From Raillietiella orientalis (Eukaryota): a stretch of DNA of 64,000 nt. Positions 37,244 to 50,199 of the stretch are shown here, one piece after another; within the stretch, counting starts at the first letter, position 1, and every line of letters begins with the position of its first letter. The stretch covers positions 372,001 through 436,000 of the forward strand of contig JAYWIR010000021.1 in assembly GCA_036172245.1 (NCBI GenBank). The letters are read 5' to 3'. The position numbers and the translations under genes were made by a program. The notes below the pieces were generated by a model that was given only the letters and a program-made list of their open reading frames with translations, was not told where the DNA came from and searched no databases.

Positions 37244-38283
37244 ATGAAGCAGCACAAGAATAAAACGAGTGATCTCTTCAGAGTCTCCTACAGTGCGAAA
37301 CTGCCTAAAAAATTAGGGTACAAAACCAGTGAGTCCCTGAAACCCTCCTACGTTACGAAACTGCCTCGGAAATCCGGACAAGAAACCAGTGATCCCCTCA
37401 AGCCCCCCTCTATCAGTGAGCTGCCCAAAACGCCAGGGAAGGAGTCGAAGAAGAAGTGCGGGGCGAAGGCAGAGTGGGAAATCCACCCCAAAACACGTGA
37501 CAAAAGTTCAGGTTGCACGGATGACTTCCAAATTCACGAAATAAAGGAAGCCGAGCCGACCCGGGAAGAAAATTCTAGGGTGCAGACCGACAGGGAGGTG
37601 ATAGTGGGGGGCCCCTACCACGGGTGGTACATCGCAAGCAGAGGCTGCGAAAAAAAATGCGACGATCGATGCAAGCGTGTCTTCTTGTGCAAAAAGTCCA
37701 AGGACCTCCAGAAACTGTGCCCCAAGCACCGCCTCCAGCACATGCTCAAGGAGCAGTGCGAATTCGAAATGGAAGCGCCTACCCCCACGAGCGAATACAA
37801 AAACGTAAGTACCGTTGCGAGCGATGACAAGGTACACGGGAAGGTACAGACCGTGTGCTTCAGGCGTTTTGCTAACCATCTGAATGCAATGTAATCTGAT
37901 CTAGGGATTTCGCAGGCAGCCCTTGAGCAAAGAGAGATCTTTCAAGCCGCAAGCCAAGGACTTGGATGACGTTTCCTGTTCGGACTCTCCCGTTTCCGGT
38001 TACCAGGTAGGTGGCACCGGGATCCTGAAACCGGGGGAACCTCCTCCTCCTCCTCCTCCTCCTCTTCCTGGGAGGAGGAGGAGGCGGCGAGAGGAGACTG
38101 CCGCCACGGTCTGAGCTCCCGAATTTCGCAGGAAAGTCCCCCGGATGCTCTCGTTCGCGGCTCACTCATCCGCTTCCCCCGTTACAGATGTACCAGATAC
38201 TGCTGAACGAGAACGAGTCGAAGCTCCAGAAATGCGAGGACAAGGAGCATCAGGGAGCCTTCAAGGAGGTGCCCGAAGAGATG
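37244..38283 (+). CDS. Spliced host coding region, SAXO/Mn-motif-like; proposed exons 37244-37804, 37905-38006, 38188-38283
   Basis: ATG at 37244; three 20-aa repeats; Cys-rich stretch; GTAAGT donor at 37805 and TAG acceptor at 37904 give TSEYKN|GFRRQPLSKERSFKP; further GT donors at 38007 and 38284, ttacag acceptor at 38187, all phase 0. An alternative donor at 37844 is possible. Confidence 0.6.
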
Positions 38284-38809
38284 GTAAATCTTTCACGCTG
38301 GTCGCCCTCCCCCTCCTGCCGTCCGAGGTCGTTCCGGAAATGAGCAGCAGCCCGAAGACGCGCGCGCGAAAAAGAAACGCAGCGGCGCGATTCGCTTGTG
38401 CTGGGACTTTGCGGATCAGCGCCGGAAAAGCTTCCGAACAAGGAGGCACGTGGATGCAAACCTTCCCTGGGGGGCCTTCCTGACGCCCCGATACCCCGAA
38501 GATGCGGGCAGCTTTAGTCGGGAGGTCCCCTCTTAGACCTCCGTCGGTTCCTGACTTTTCCCCGTTGAGACGGTTGTAAACACTGAAGGTTGCCTTAGCT
38601 TCGTTCCCGAAGATTTCGCTCCCAGGTTTGGGATTGGGGGCCGTCTCCCATTGGGGGGTCTCCATTGTAGGGTGCACTGCTGCTGCTGCTGCTGAAAAAT
38701 TTTGTTTCCCGGGCGATCGCTGCCCCCTTTCGAGTGCTTCTTATCGGTGAAAGACTCCAGGGCCATGACTGTGCGCCGCAGCCCGTGCGGCAGCAGCGTG
38801 GTCCGCGCG

Positions 38810-39400
38810 TATGGCGCCGAGCGTCGAGTGCTCCCCCGCATCACAAGATGACGCCGGTTGGCTCTGTTGGCTCCGGGTGCGTCACTGGTGGGAGCAGCCG
38901 GAAACCCCCGGATGCCCCCCCGTTGACTGGCCGGGGTTGGAAGTCGACCCTCTGGGATTCTTCCAGGGATCCAGGAGCCCTTCGAGGTTCCCTTCCGGTT
39001 GTGAGGACAGGGCGGAGCCGATTGACACTCGCCTCGGGGGTTGCCTCTCCAGAGTGTCAGAAGCGCTCTGCTCCCTTCGAGGAGCGGATCCCTTGCGGGT
39101 CCCCTTCGGAGAAGAAATGAGCAGTGTCCTCCCCCTCGAGGGTGTCCCTCCGGAGATAATGAGGAAGGGGTTAAGCATCAGAGGCAACACGGACTCCTTC
39201 CTCCGGAGCTTTCCTGGATTCAACTTGGAGAGTTACGCGCACCCTCGGGGGGCGTCGACTATTAGAGAGCTTTGTGAGCCCTACGAATGAGGCCAACGAT
39301 TCTTGAGTGCTTGACGAACCAAAAAAAAAGAAACCTCCCTCCACCTACCAAAAAAAAAAAAAAGGCTGAAAGGAAAGAACCCAGAAGGATTCCCATCATC
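38810..39400 (-). repeat. Solo family 5' module
   Basis: Starts gatgatgggaatcc with T tracts; conceptual NPGKLRRKESV...DTLERQ matches ORF 25701; ends just after the cgtcatctt block. Confidence 0.85.
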
Positions 39401-40149
39401 AACACAAGCACGAAGTCGGAATTCGTCTTTCCAAAACCCCTTCAAAGTCTTTCTGAGGAAGGCCGTACGTGGAACGAAGTACGGCAACGTTTCATCTTTC
39501 GCGTTTGGAAGGTGAAGAAGCTTTCGTCTCCGCCTCCGTAGCTGCTGCAGCCTCGCATTTTTGCTGCGAGTTGACAGATCGTGGACTTACAAAGCGCAGC
39601 AGCACCCACGTTGTGCTTTCGGTCGTCAGGGCTCATTTCTTAGCTTTGAACTTTGCTCGGGTCGCTCTCTTGGACCACCACTCTGAGCTGCGACTTTGTC
39701 GCTGGCTGCAGCAGCTGGAAACGTCGAGATGAAGGCATTCTTCTTCAAGCGAAACCGACTTGCACCTGGACCAACTTGAAGGCCAACAGGAAAAGAACCG
39801 AAGCGGAAGCGTTCGAGAAAGTGTAAAGGGTGATGGCGCGCATGATAGCCTCCGTGGCCGCCGCCAATGCTCACGGAGGAATGGAGGGAGAAATTCACTT
39901 CGTGGGACGGCTGCTTTGCTCTGCCGATGGGCGTAGGAGAGTGAACCCCGGAATTCGATCAAAAGTGTGCGCACTTGCAGTAGGTTTTCTTTCGTCCGAG
40001 CGAAATGGTCAACTGCTAGAACAGCAACCCCTCGGACCTTTTCTGGAGGACTTGCGACTGAATTTCAAGCAATTTTTTTTTTTTTTTTTCATTTTCCTTC
40101 TGTTAGCCTGCTGTCATTTCCAATTAAAAGTGCCTCCTTCCTGGAAACT

Positions 40150-43100
40150 GCTTACATAAGATGAAAGCAGAAAGGTGTGAGGCCGCTGCGTTGCTCGCTA
40201 TCTGAGTTGAAAAAGTGGCTAATACGAGCCAGCCATCCGAAAGACTGATGCCGACTCGAGATCGTTCAGGAGCTGCGTGTACTGAAATTCGACACTTGGC
40301 GCTCGGCAGTGCTGGGAAGTGCCGAATCCTCTCTTGAAAGCAGCTGTCGGTGAAGAAGCAAAAAACGGATCCAGTACCAAGATTTTCCGAGCCACTTCTC
40401 CATCGATGATGCCGTTTGGAGAGTGTGCAGAGGTCATCGGCTCGGAATCTGAAGAGGAATACGATCCCGGCATCTCTTTGCCTCCGTTCCACAGTACGGG
40501 GATTCTCTTCGTTCGAACCTCTTGCAGCCGAGCCACCCGTTCTGAGAGTTTCACCCACCATGTTACCGACCTGGGTTGAGGCAGCTCTTCCGGCCTGCTC
40601 TTCAGCCCACTCGCGATCCGTATGCTGTTGGCTGATTGTCATCTAAATAAGAGTTTCGATTAGCCTCATTTCAGGCTAACCAACCAGAAGGGAGAATTTC
40701 CGCGTAACTGGATAATTCGCTCGCCCACAGTTCAGGCGTAACCTCGGCTATTTCTGGCTTCCGTGCATAACATGCAGATTCCTTCTGACCTGAATCTGTA
40801 CGCGCGATGGTTTCTGGTAGCCCGAGAGTATGGATATTGGGGGCGATCGCGTTCATCATGGCCACTGCAGTGCAGGCCGCACCATCCCGCCTCACCTCCT
40901 GTCTGAGCGTGCTTTCTCCTCTGGAAGCAAGCCGTAATAAATAGAGGTACAAGCGAGTTGGGTGGGGGATCTCTGATCTGGTCTCACGAGCTACATGTTC
41001 AGGCTTGTGCCAGGAATTATCGGATCCAGGAGCCGAAAGTTCATCTGTGCCTGTCGGAGGTTGTCATTAGGGCGCAGTGGGATTGGCGGGAGTGTTTGAA
41101 GATGGTGGTGTCGGTATCAACTCTTGGGGAATCTGTCGAGATGGGTAAGGGATTCTGATTGGGGTCGTCACTTGGCTGCTTGTCCCGTTTCGAGGGAGGT
41201 GCCGTGGTTGTTTTCGGAATATTCAGTCTTGATTAGGGTTAGCTGCAGTTTTTCACTCTTCTTTCAACTCCTCGTTTTCCTTTCTTTGTGTGCGGTAGAA
41301 TTTCACGATCCATGTTATGTGCAGTCTCAGGGGGGATGCTATCTGACGAGTTCCGTTGCGAAGATAATAATAGCACTTGGCGCAATATAAAACGATCACC
41401 TTTTTGAGCTCCACTCGTTCTTGACTCGAATCCGTGGCCCACGCCCACACAGAGTTTCAAGTTGTTCTCCTGAATTTCTACTTGGAAGATAAAAACGCCT
41501 CTATGCCGAAAAGTGCAGCCTCCATAAAGTGATCACTTGAAGGTGGTTCCACCCTATTGCTACACAGACGTAGTCAGCTAACACGGATTTTTCCTTTTCT
41601 AGTAAATGAGTCTGGCTTAGGCAAAAGACTCGCGTCAGTCACAGAGGTCGTCACAGAAAAATCATTCCCTCCTCCCTTTCGATCGGCTTGACGGTAAACA
41701 CAAATGACAAGCGGTGGAATAACGCGACTGGCGGCTTTGAAGTTACGGTTTTATCAGTCACTGGAAGTCCGGGCCCTCATCACATCACAGCTGCTGTTCC
41801 GGGGAAAAAATGCGCTTGAAAATTTGTTGTGCCCTTGGTTCCCCCCTCCTTTAACGAGCCATTTTAGGGGGACTGAAGAAAATCCTCCGGACCGCTTTCG
41901 AAATGTGCTGCAAGTTAGAGACGGGAATTCAGAGAAGACTCTTCCGCGTTGCCTTTGCTTTTCGAGGGAACACGCCATCCTGATTTTCCGAGTGTGGAGA
42001 ATGCGTAGGTTCCCGGGGGATTTTCGAAGCTGTGCATTTCTTGTATTCGAGCCTTCCGTCGGGAAACGGACAGGCTCCGCGCTGGTCCCCCCCTGTGGAA
42101 AGCAAGTCTCTCTGTAAAACCCCATTCTCTTTGAATCCGCAGTGCAGTGCACATCCTCATCCTGGTTTCCGATGATGAAGAGATGCACCGGCACCTTTCT
42201 TCCGTCGTCTGTTTTCCGATTAATCCTTCTCTTCAGGTCCACTTTGACCTCTTGCCTGTTCCACACTTGTATGCTGGAATGAAAACCATCAAATAACAGG
42301 GAACTGGGGGGGAGGAGGGGGAGCTAAGTTTTTCAATTCCTTCGAGTTCCCCAAGGCAGCTATGTAGGTCGCTGCAGATAATGTGGAAGTTTTCTTTTTT
42401 AAAATGTTGCGCCCCACGGAGTTCATTTCACCCGGCTTTCAATTTATTCATGTAATCTCTCTGGCTTTTAAAGACCACCCCTGTATGCTAGATGAAGAAG
42501 AATTCATGTCCATCCGTGCGAGCACACTGACATTGCTGCAGATACATTCCCATGGATCGATTGGGGCAGAAAACAATCCGCCATTTTTCGCGCGAAGAGC
42601 AGCAGCAAGGAATTTTGCGATTATCTGTCTGATGTCCCAACGGAAGGGGATACTTCCGATCGCATCCGATCCTCACCATTAGGAGAGAGTCTTTCTGCCT
42701 GGTAGAAAAACGCTCTTTTCGAACACGCATACTCGACTCTTGATTGAGAGAAACGAGCAGCAGCCTTGGCATTGGTTGACTTTTATCTTTTGAGGGTGCA
42801 GGACTTGTCACCTTTGCTCACACCTTTGCTCTCCTCCGACTTGACTTTCCGGTGTGGGTCGCTCCGGGACTTCAGACCCTTGTTCTTAGACTGCGACCGC
42901 TTTTGATTACATTCCTCGATACTCTTCCGATTGGTCCCCTTGGATTTGTATAGTCCCCCCATTTGTATTTTCGCTTCCTCGTAGCACGGGAAGCAGCAAA
43001 CTTCCGTTTTTGCGAAAGTGTGAATGAGCGGCTGAGATGAACCTTCCTCACCTCAGCTTTTCATCCTCCAAGGGTGACAGATCCTCGCAAACATCCCTCT

Positions 43101-43500
43101 TTATCTGCTCGCCTTTCTTTGAAACCTCCGACTAGATATCGGCATCCTCCCTGAATAAAAGGTAACGGATTTTTCTCTTTTGTCAAGGAAGAAAATGTGT
43201 TTATCCAGAACGTAAAACCAGATGCAATCAGACCGAAAATTGATTCAGAGGCTGCGATTGCTGTCGCTATTGTTTCCGAGATTGCCTTCCACCTCGGTAG
43301 AACGTGCTTGCGATGCATGTAAATCACGGTGCCGCGGATGCTTGAGGAAACAGCACCCGTTGTGAATCCGCTGGTGTATTCTTCTTTTGCATTTCCTTCG
43401 GCTCACATTCCCCACTACCCATGAAGAATTTTTGAGATCCCGGCTTGAGAGATTTTCGTTGTAAATGCAAACAACCAAATTGCCGATATGATGACCTCCG
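40150..43500 (-). pseudogene. Old, lower-GC LINE of another lineage (ORF1 relic, APE, RT), heavily decayed
   Basis: In order on the minus strand: LLLVSLN, FIIGNQD, SAPGSDN (~41030), LFTACFQ, PVLWN, RADDL (~40435). Confidence 0.4.
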
Positions 43501-45299
43501 ATTGTCTTCGCTTCGCAGCGAAAAAGCCTAATAACAACAGAATAGATCTTCCGGAAGTTTCTGTACAGCCGTTTCGGTGCTCATTCCCGGTGTCTAAACA
43601 GTGGAAATTCCATCAGCGCAGTTCAAAATCGATGAAAGATCTCTGAATAACCGACAAAATGTGCCTCTTGTTCTTTCTGGGAAAGTAGTGTGGGAAAACG
43701 TGAAGGAAACTTTTCCCGACACCATTCACCAAAGAAGAAGAAAACAGTGGTCTCGTTTTAATCTTCCGAGTACGATTCTGCGTGTGGACGTAATTTGAAA
43801 TGTCGACATCCATTGACAGAGTTCACTCGGTACGATTCAACGCTAGTGTTGATAGCTGGCTGTAACATCGGTCGCGAAACCTGCATGCAAGTTGTGCCTG
43901 GTGGTGAGTCGGCTGGAACAGTTTCGCCTTCTTGGAGCAAGGAAACCGAATGGGAGATGGGAGATGGCCGGGTCTGAAGATGAATTCGGAAGCCGATCTC
44001 TATCGGATCGCAAGGTTCCAGTCAGCAGAAGTGTTTGCCATGGCAAACCCAAGTGGTTTGCGAGAGACATCGGAAATACGAGATTCAACGGGAACAGAAA
44101 CTCCTTCGCTAGAGAGACCCGCCTCCATCGTTCTTCGGGATGGAGAAAACGAGAAAAATTTTCGGTAGAGGAGATGCTCCAAAGATGGCACTACCTTGGA
44201 GCTGGAGGGCGAGAATCGCGGATGAAGTCAAAAGCTGGAGACCACAGGGGAGTAATCTTGGGATGCGAGGATTTTTCAGATTAGTAGGACCAGGCAGAAA
44301 ACCCGCATGCATCTTCGGAACACAAGAGAAAGATAAGACCTGCCGAGCGAGGCTTCTTGGTTTCTTGAACAATGCGGCAACAAGAAAGACATAGAATAAG
44401 AAGGATGAGAAGAAGAAAAGCGAAAAGTATGGGAAGAACTGGCCATACTAAAGGCCATTGCCAGAAAGGCAAGGGAACTAACAGTTGCCAGAAGGCTGAA
44501 TCTTATCAGAATTCGGATCAGTAGGTGGTGGACTTCTTAGGATGGAACCAAGGAATGCTTTCAGGTGCAGGCAAGGAAGTATCCCTGTATTCCTCAGCAA
44601 CATGGTCGGATCAAAACTCCAACACTTCCCTTCTAAAACCAGAGGAAAGCCATGTAAAAACTGCAGAGGATCACTTTCGCTCTTGTGTGTGCTTAGGAAA
44701 AGTCTGAACTGTACTGCAGAAGTTGCCTCCATGTTGCACGGGAATTAGCGCGTCTACTCAAGAACCTTCGCATCGAGAGTGGAGAATGAGTCAGTGAGAC
44801 TGTTTCGGGCTGGTTGCTCTGAAGATCTTCATAAGTCTGCAGTCCTTATATATAATCCGGACTCGTGAAGAGTTGCGATGGAGACTCAGCTGACATGAAG
44901 TCAGTTGCAGTCCCTGAAAAGGGTGCAAAGTCTTTTCGTGTCACCCTAAGCACACAAAGGGCTCTTCTAAATTGTGCCAAGAGTATACGACAAAGCGGGC
45001 GTCGATCGCGAAGCTCACGCGTTGTCGGCGCGAGAACTCCCCTCGCTTGACCAGGGGCTCCTTGAGGGAGAGAGCTTTCGAAAGACAGAAGAACCTGAAG
45101 ACTGGCGCAGCAGCATGCGCGAACTCTTCCCGTTTCCAGAGCAACGGGGAATAAAAGCAAGGCGCATGCAATCCTTCATTATGCTGCTGCTGATGAAAGC
45201 GCTGAACGCGAAAGGAATCCTTTCCTTACTTTTGGAGGAAAGACAGGTGCGAGTAAACGCCTTTCCTTCCCTCGGCGCTAAAACGCACACTCCGGGTCT

Positions 45300-46450
45300 G
45301 GGCTGCTCACACTATGGATGTTTTTCCCTTGATTTCCCGAAGCAGGTCTGGTGACCACCGTTGTCCGCAGCGCAACAAGCAAGCTCTCGGAGCACTATGA
45401 GATCGCAATGCCATTGAGTATTATGTTTGTTCTGTTGTGTACTCGGAAGTGTGTACCTGAAGTGCACCCGGAAACAGAGCTTCTCCTCTAAAGCACGTGA
45501 CATGTACTCAGTGATTCTCTTGTAGACCTCAGGGACCACGACTCGCAATAACACATCCGTTTCTCTTTATCCAGCTCCAGCCATTGACGCACTGCATGCA
45601 ATTCATGCGGATGAAAGTTAAGCTGATTGATTGACCAGCTTCCGCTCACTGCTAAAGGTACAAGAGGAACAGTTTGCTGTGGCAATCGTCTCTGGTACTT
45701 GCTTGAACTCTGGTGTGTTTCATCGAATACGGCTATGTTTCAGGGTTTGTCGAATGAAACAAGCGTCCTCCCTTAAGCAAGCATAGCGATAATTTCGAGA
45801 ACTTTCTAAAGAATAAGAAAAAAGAAGGTAAAGAAGACAGCATCGGTCGTCAAGCTGTGGGCACTGCGAATAGGATGCTCGCCCGAGCTTGTTCGAACAC
45901 GGTTGCCACACACACCCCCTTTTCCTCCAGAAATCCCCATTCGGAGTAAGATGGGAAGAAATTCAAGTGAACTGCGCGCAGCCATCATTTCTCGTACCGA
46001 CCTCTCCCTCTTTCTGTCCTCCAAGCCAACTGAAGAAGCAGCAGCAGCATACGGCAGGCATCATTAGGTTTGCTTGCATCGCGTAGATGGCGGGAAAACA
46101 TGCAAGACCTATGAGGAGCCGAAACGCCAGAACAGCTTCTATTCAAGCTACTCTTTGGAGAACTTTGGCACATGCATAGACTGATAACCCATGAATAACA
46201 ACGATATCACTTTAAGAAACTTGGCTCAGGGATTCTCCAGAATTCTAACAGAGTTCCAGAGAAGAAGGCATCCTCAGTAACATAGAAATCACTGACACTC
46301 TCTTGCCGTATGGGTCTCTTTGGAGGCCTGACGGAAACCACCTAAAAAGATTAACCGATTGCAAAAGCAAAAGTTGACGGAAATGCACCCAGCAAGGGTG
46401 TTTTGACATTCTGGACGTGGAAAAGGAGAAACCAATCCCGAAAGAAAGAA
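45300..46450 (-). pseudogene. Possible decayed RT region
   Basis: FPSGLQ...VSVISML, RDD, AVRQWLEL relics in RT order. Confidence 0.25.
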
Positions 46451-47149
46451 CCCAAGTGTCTTCAGACCGAGCGAGTCTCCCGAGAAGGCACCGCCAACTC
46501 TCATGCCACTCGGGCGTCCCGTCCCCTACTCGCAAGATCAACGCACAGAGGATGTGCACAGGACTCATCAGCAAACCGTGCACCGAGTCCGAAGTATTCA
46601 AACAAACAAGTGTATGTGTTCCCATACGCATGCATGCATGGGAAGCGAGTGTGTGGCAGCCTGAAAAGACCCCCCCCCCCCTGCTCGTATCGGGTGCTCT
46701 CGCGTGATCCCTGTGTGCGCGCGAAAGAACTCGAAAAGCGGGAAAGTGGCAAAGCCGCGCATGCCGGAATCTTGAGAGCGGGCTGCGCAATGCAGTGAGG
46801 AGCATAGGTCTCCGAGGAGGCTGCAGGACGAATCACTTCGTGTCGCTCCCTAACAGCAGCGACAGGGAGAAGCAGGGACGGGAAGAGCTAGTGAGTGCGC
46901 CCTACGGAAGGGCCCGTAAGGAAGGCGGAAGCATCCGCGTAACCTTGGCTCCTATAAGAAAAAGTACCACTGTGAGGGAGCTGCAGTGCGATTGCTCCAT
47001 GTTGAGAGGAAGCTGGCGGGTTTGAAGTTTGTTCCGAAGCGCGGATGATGACTTCTCAGGAGATGTGCCGACCCGATGGGTGTTCCCATAAAGAGCGAGA
47101 TGGGGTCTTCGGAAAACCTTGCGTTCTTGTTTTTCCGCAGCCTCTATTA

Positions 47150-47450
47150 CTACAGGGATTTTTACTGCTCTCTCTCTTATTTTTTACTATATCACCAGGC
47201 TCTACTCGATAGCTCGATATGTTAACCACCTCATCATTAACTGTAACGTGCTTATGAGATATGAGCTGTTTTGCCGAATAAATTGTTGGTACAAGACCAG
47301 AGTGATACTAAACAGAACTTGACCTTGATCCTAAGATACCAATAAAATGAGTAGCCGTGTAGCCTTTCCTGTTATAAGCATCTAAGAATATACGCCTGAG
47401 CTGCTCACGTGAAATTGCATAGTAAAACTTAAATTTCTTATGTGCAGCAA
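47150..47450 (+). pseudogene. Possible decayed protein tyrosine kinase fragment (subdomains VIb-IX)
   Basis: [13 protein letters not shown]...CRI followed after a frameshift by KIPIK*VAV* at 47333 (~KxPxKWxAxE). Confidence 0.35.
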
Positions 47451-49084
47451 ACTGCTTACCAAAATCAGATAATCTCCTGAACCCAAGAATACCACGCTGG
47501 CCTGGAGGGTATTTTCTTTTGTGTACCGGATCTTTTGCTTGATCTTTTGCTCTGTTGTAGGAAGGGATGACGTCATGAGCCGCGAGTCAAGTGCAGCGCG
47601 CCCTCTTCGGAGTCTCCGAAATTCTAGAGGAGGTGGAGTATTTGTGGGACCACGGTTGATCGAGAGCCACAGGCACATGAAACCTCCCTAAGCATTTCAG
47701 CGGCATCAGATACGGCCACAAGCACGTAGGCAAGACGTCCTTTGCACCTCCACTGAAAAGTTGCAAAGGATGGTGAAGCTGGGGGGGAGGGGAAATACTC
47801 TTGCGAAGGGATGTGGAACAGGAGAGGAGCTGAAGACATCAAGCGTTTGGGGATGCAACTCCCAGCTCACAGGAAGGACGACGCGCAACGTTTGCGCCTG
47901 AGATCCAGCAAAAGGGAAATGCAAACCGAGGAGGAGAATTCGATGTAGCGGTGAACCGGTCGAACAGGCAGGCAGGGGTGGAAGGCCCGCAAGTGAAGTA
48001 TCCATGCGAATGGTAAAGCCAAAACGAAACAGAGGGCAGCAAACTGACCGACAGTACGGAGGGGGCAGCCATGGGCCCAATGCAGTGAGTGAATGCTTGC
48101 ACGCTGGACAAAACCGAAGACAAGCGGCTGCTTGTTCCATGAACTGAGCAAGAGCAGTTGAATTTTACGAGCGCCAAAGCTTACAGAGGTTCCCACTTTA
48201 TCCTTATTCTTACCCTGTTTCAAAGAGGAAGAAGATTCCCGTTGCGAAGCGGCCTCTCCGTCAAATCCCTCTCAGGCCAGTCGAACCTTCCTTTGCCTTG
48301 TCAGTTAATCAGGGAAAACGGAAAAACGTGAGCACCCACAGCTGGGAACAAAAGAAAGTGGGAAGCGATTGCCGTGGGTCATCTGCCAAATCATTCGAGA
48401 TTCATGCATAGGGGATCATGGATCTCGGCGCATTCATCTGAATGATGCACGGGAGCCACGAGCCGAACTTCCTGGCGTCGTGCCCACGTAACTGTCGGGA
48501 GTCCGCCCGCGCCTTTGCGGTTTGCTGCTGTCCTCAGGAAACAAAAGCGCCAGCGGAGGTTCGGAACAGATCGAAGCTGCGGTTTTTTTGCATCCGTCTG
48601 TCGCTCGCACGGAAATTATCTCATTACCGTCCAGCGTCAAGTTTGCGTATTTCACAAATGGTCAGTTGTGCGTGAAACGAAACTCTCGCATAGTCAAAAA
48701 GACGACGGTCGACAGTCTGGAAAGCAAAATCGCACATTTGCTCGCTCAGTAACACCGATGTTTGCTGCGGTTGACGTTGGCGGAAAATGGCGAAACATTG
48801 CTCTCCCGAATCCCGAGCCTAAATCTGAAACCGAGAGAAACGTGCGAAATCCCTCGGCCCCTGGGCAGCATTTCTGCTTTCTCGAGCTCCACTTCCGTTG
48901 GAATCGCACCGTGCAAGCTGGAAAGTGTGCCTTCCTCATCGAGACTAAGGACCGCCGAGCAACATTCCGTTTGAGCATTCGACACGGCATTTCCGCATTG
49001 CCTTTCCGCAACTGAACATCCGAAACACGAAAGCCCGCGGCGCACCACCGTGCACTGTATGATGGCGTTCTCTGTTCAAAGCAG

Positions 49085-49894
49085 AAATCCAAAGACGAAA
49101 GGGTGAATTTTAAAGAATTCCGAGCGTGGTGTAAAGAGCGCCGGATCATGCCCCACTTGACCACATACAAAGAGCAATACATCCCCTGGAAAGCGAAAAG
49201 TAGATCGACACCTCCTTGGGTGGAGGAGAGGCACCCTTGCAAACTCACAACGGTCCCCACTTGCTTTGTGGACACTACCGAATACCGCAAAAAGTATCCC
49301 TGCGGACACTGGCAAAAGCGCGCAAACTGACCGTTCCCCAACCCAGGTACCAGCCGTGGGCTTGCAAAAGATCAGCGAATTACAAACCGGAAAGCTCGGA
49401 CATCCTGAAGATCTCCGAAGAAAGGGACCTGCGCTCCGTGTACCAGAGCGACTTCAAGCCGTCTCCGAAGAGGGAGACGCGGCCCCCGAGTCTGCCGCCG
49501 AAGAAGGCGGACCTGCTCGGCCCGCACGAGCCAATCCACGACCAGACGGTGTACTCCTCTTCGTACAAGGGTAACTGCGGCAAAAGCGGCCATTCCCCCG
49601 TCGCCAATGGTCGACTCGATTCCGCAGGGACGCAGGCGATGCCTGCTCAGAGCAAGAGGCCACACGACGACCCATTCTGCGAACAGGCGCCTATCCCGGG
49701 GGACACGGAATACCGGAGGAACTACGTCTCCCACAAGGACTGCATATATGAAGGTACGCGGGGGAGGGCGCACCCTTCCCAGTAGGACGCATCGATCTTC
49801 AGCGTGCCCCGAATGCGTGAAGCAGTGCGAACAGATATGCATCTGCCCGCCAGCGTGCTCCGAGGACAAGAAGGGCAAGCAATTGGTAGAATAG
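49085..49894 (+). CDS. SAXO/FAM154-like microtubule-stabilising protein with five Mn-like motifs; exons ..49293, 49347-49570, 49628-49753, 49803-49894; start not resolved
   Basis: TTYKEQYIPW, TTEYRKKYQPW, SVYQSDFKP, TVYSSSYKG, TEYRRNYVSH. GT-AG introns of 53 and 49 nt repair both frame shifts and a 57-nt one is in frame; Cys-rich tail; TAG at 49892-49894. Confidence 0.85.
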
Positions 49895-50199
49895 GGTCTT
49901 CCCGTGCTGGAAGGCATGCGCAGATGGCGAGAGGAGGCAGAGGAGTGGGACGGATGGATGAGGGCGGCGGCTATTCGCAAACGGGAGCAGTCCCTTGGCG
50001 ACCCTCTGGAACTTGCAACAATAAACACGATTGCCCCAGGGATTCTCTTTTGATTTCCGTGGTAAACCATTCGCCCGCCCGAACCATTCGCGTTGGTACT
50101 CTTCCCATTGCCCCGTGGAAAGGCCAAAAAAAAAAAAGGAATTCCATCCATGCCCTGTTGCTGTCGGGAAGATCCACCAGGAGAAATGCATCCGGCGAG

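Noticed and set aside
47119..47560. Mitochondrial insertion (NUMT)
   Set aside because: Translation with a mitochondrial code gave no recognisable respiratory-chain protein; kinase-like motifs fit better.
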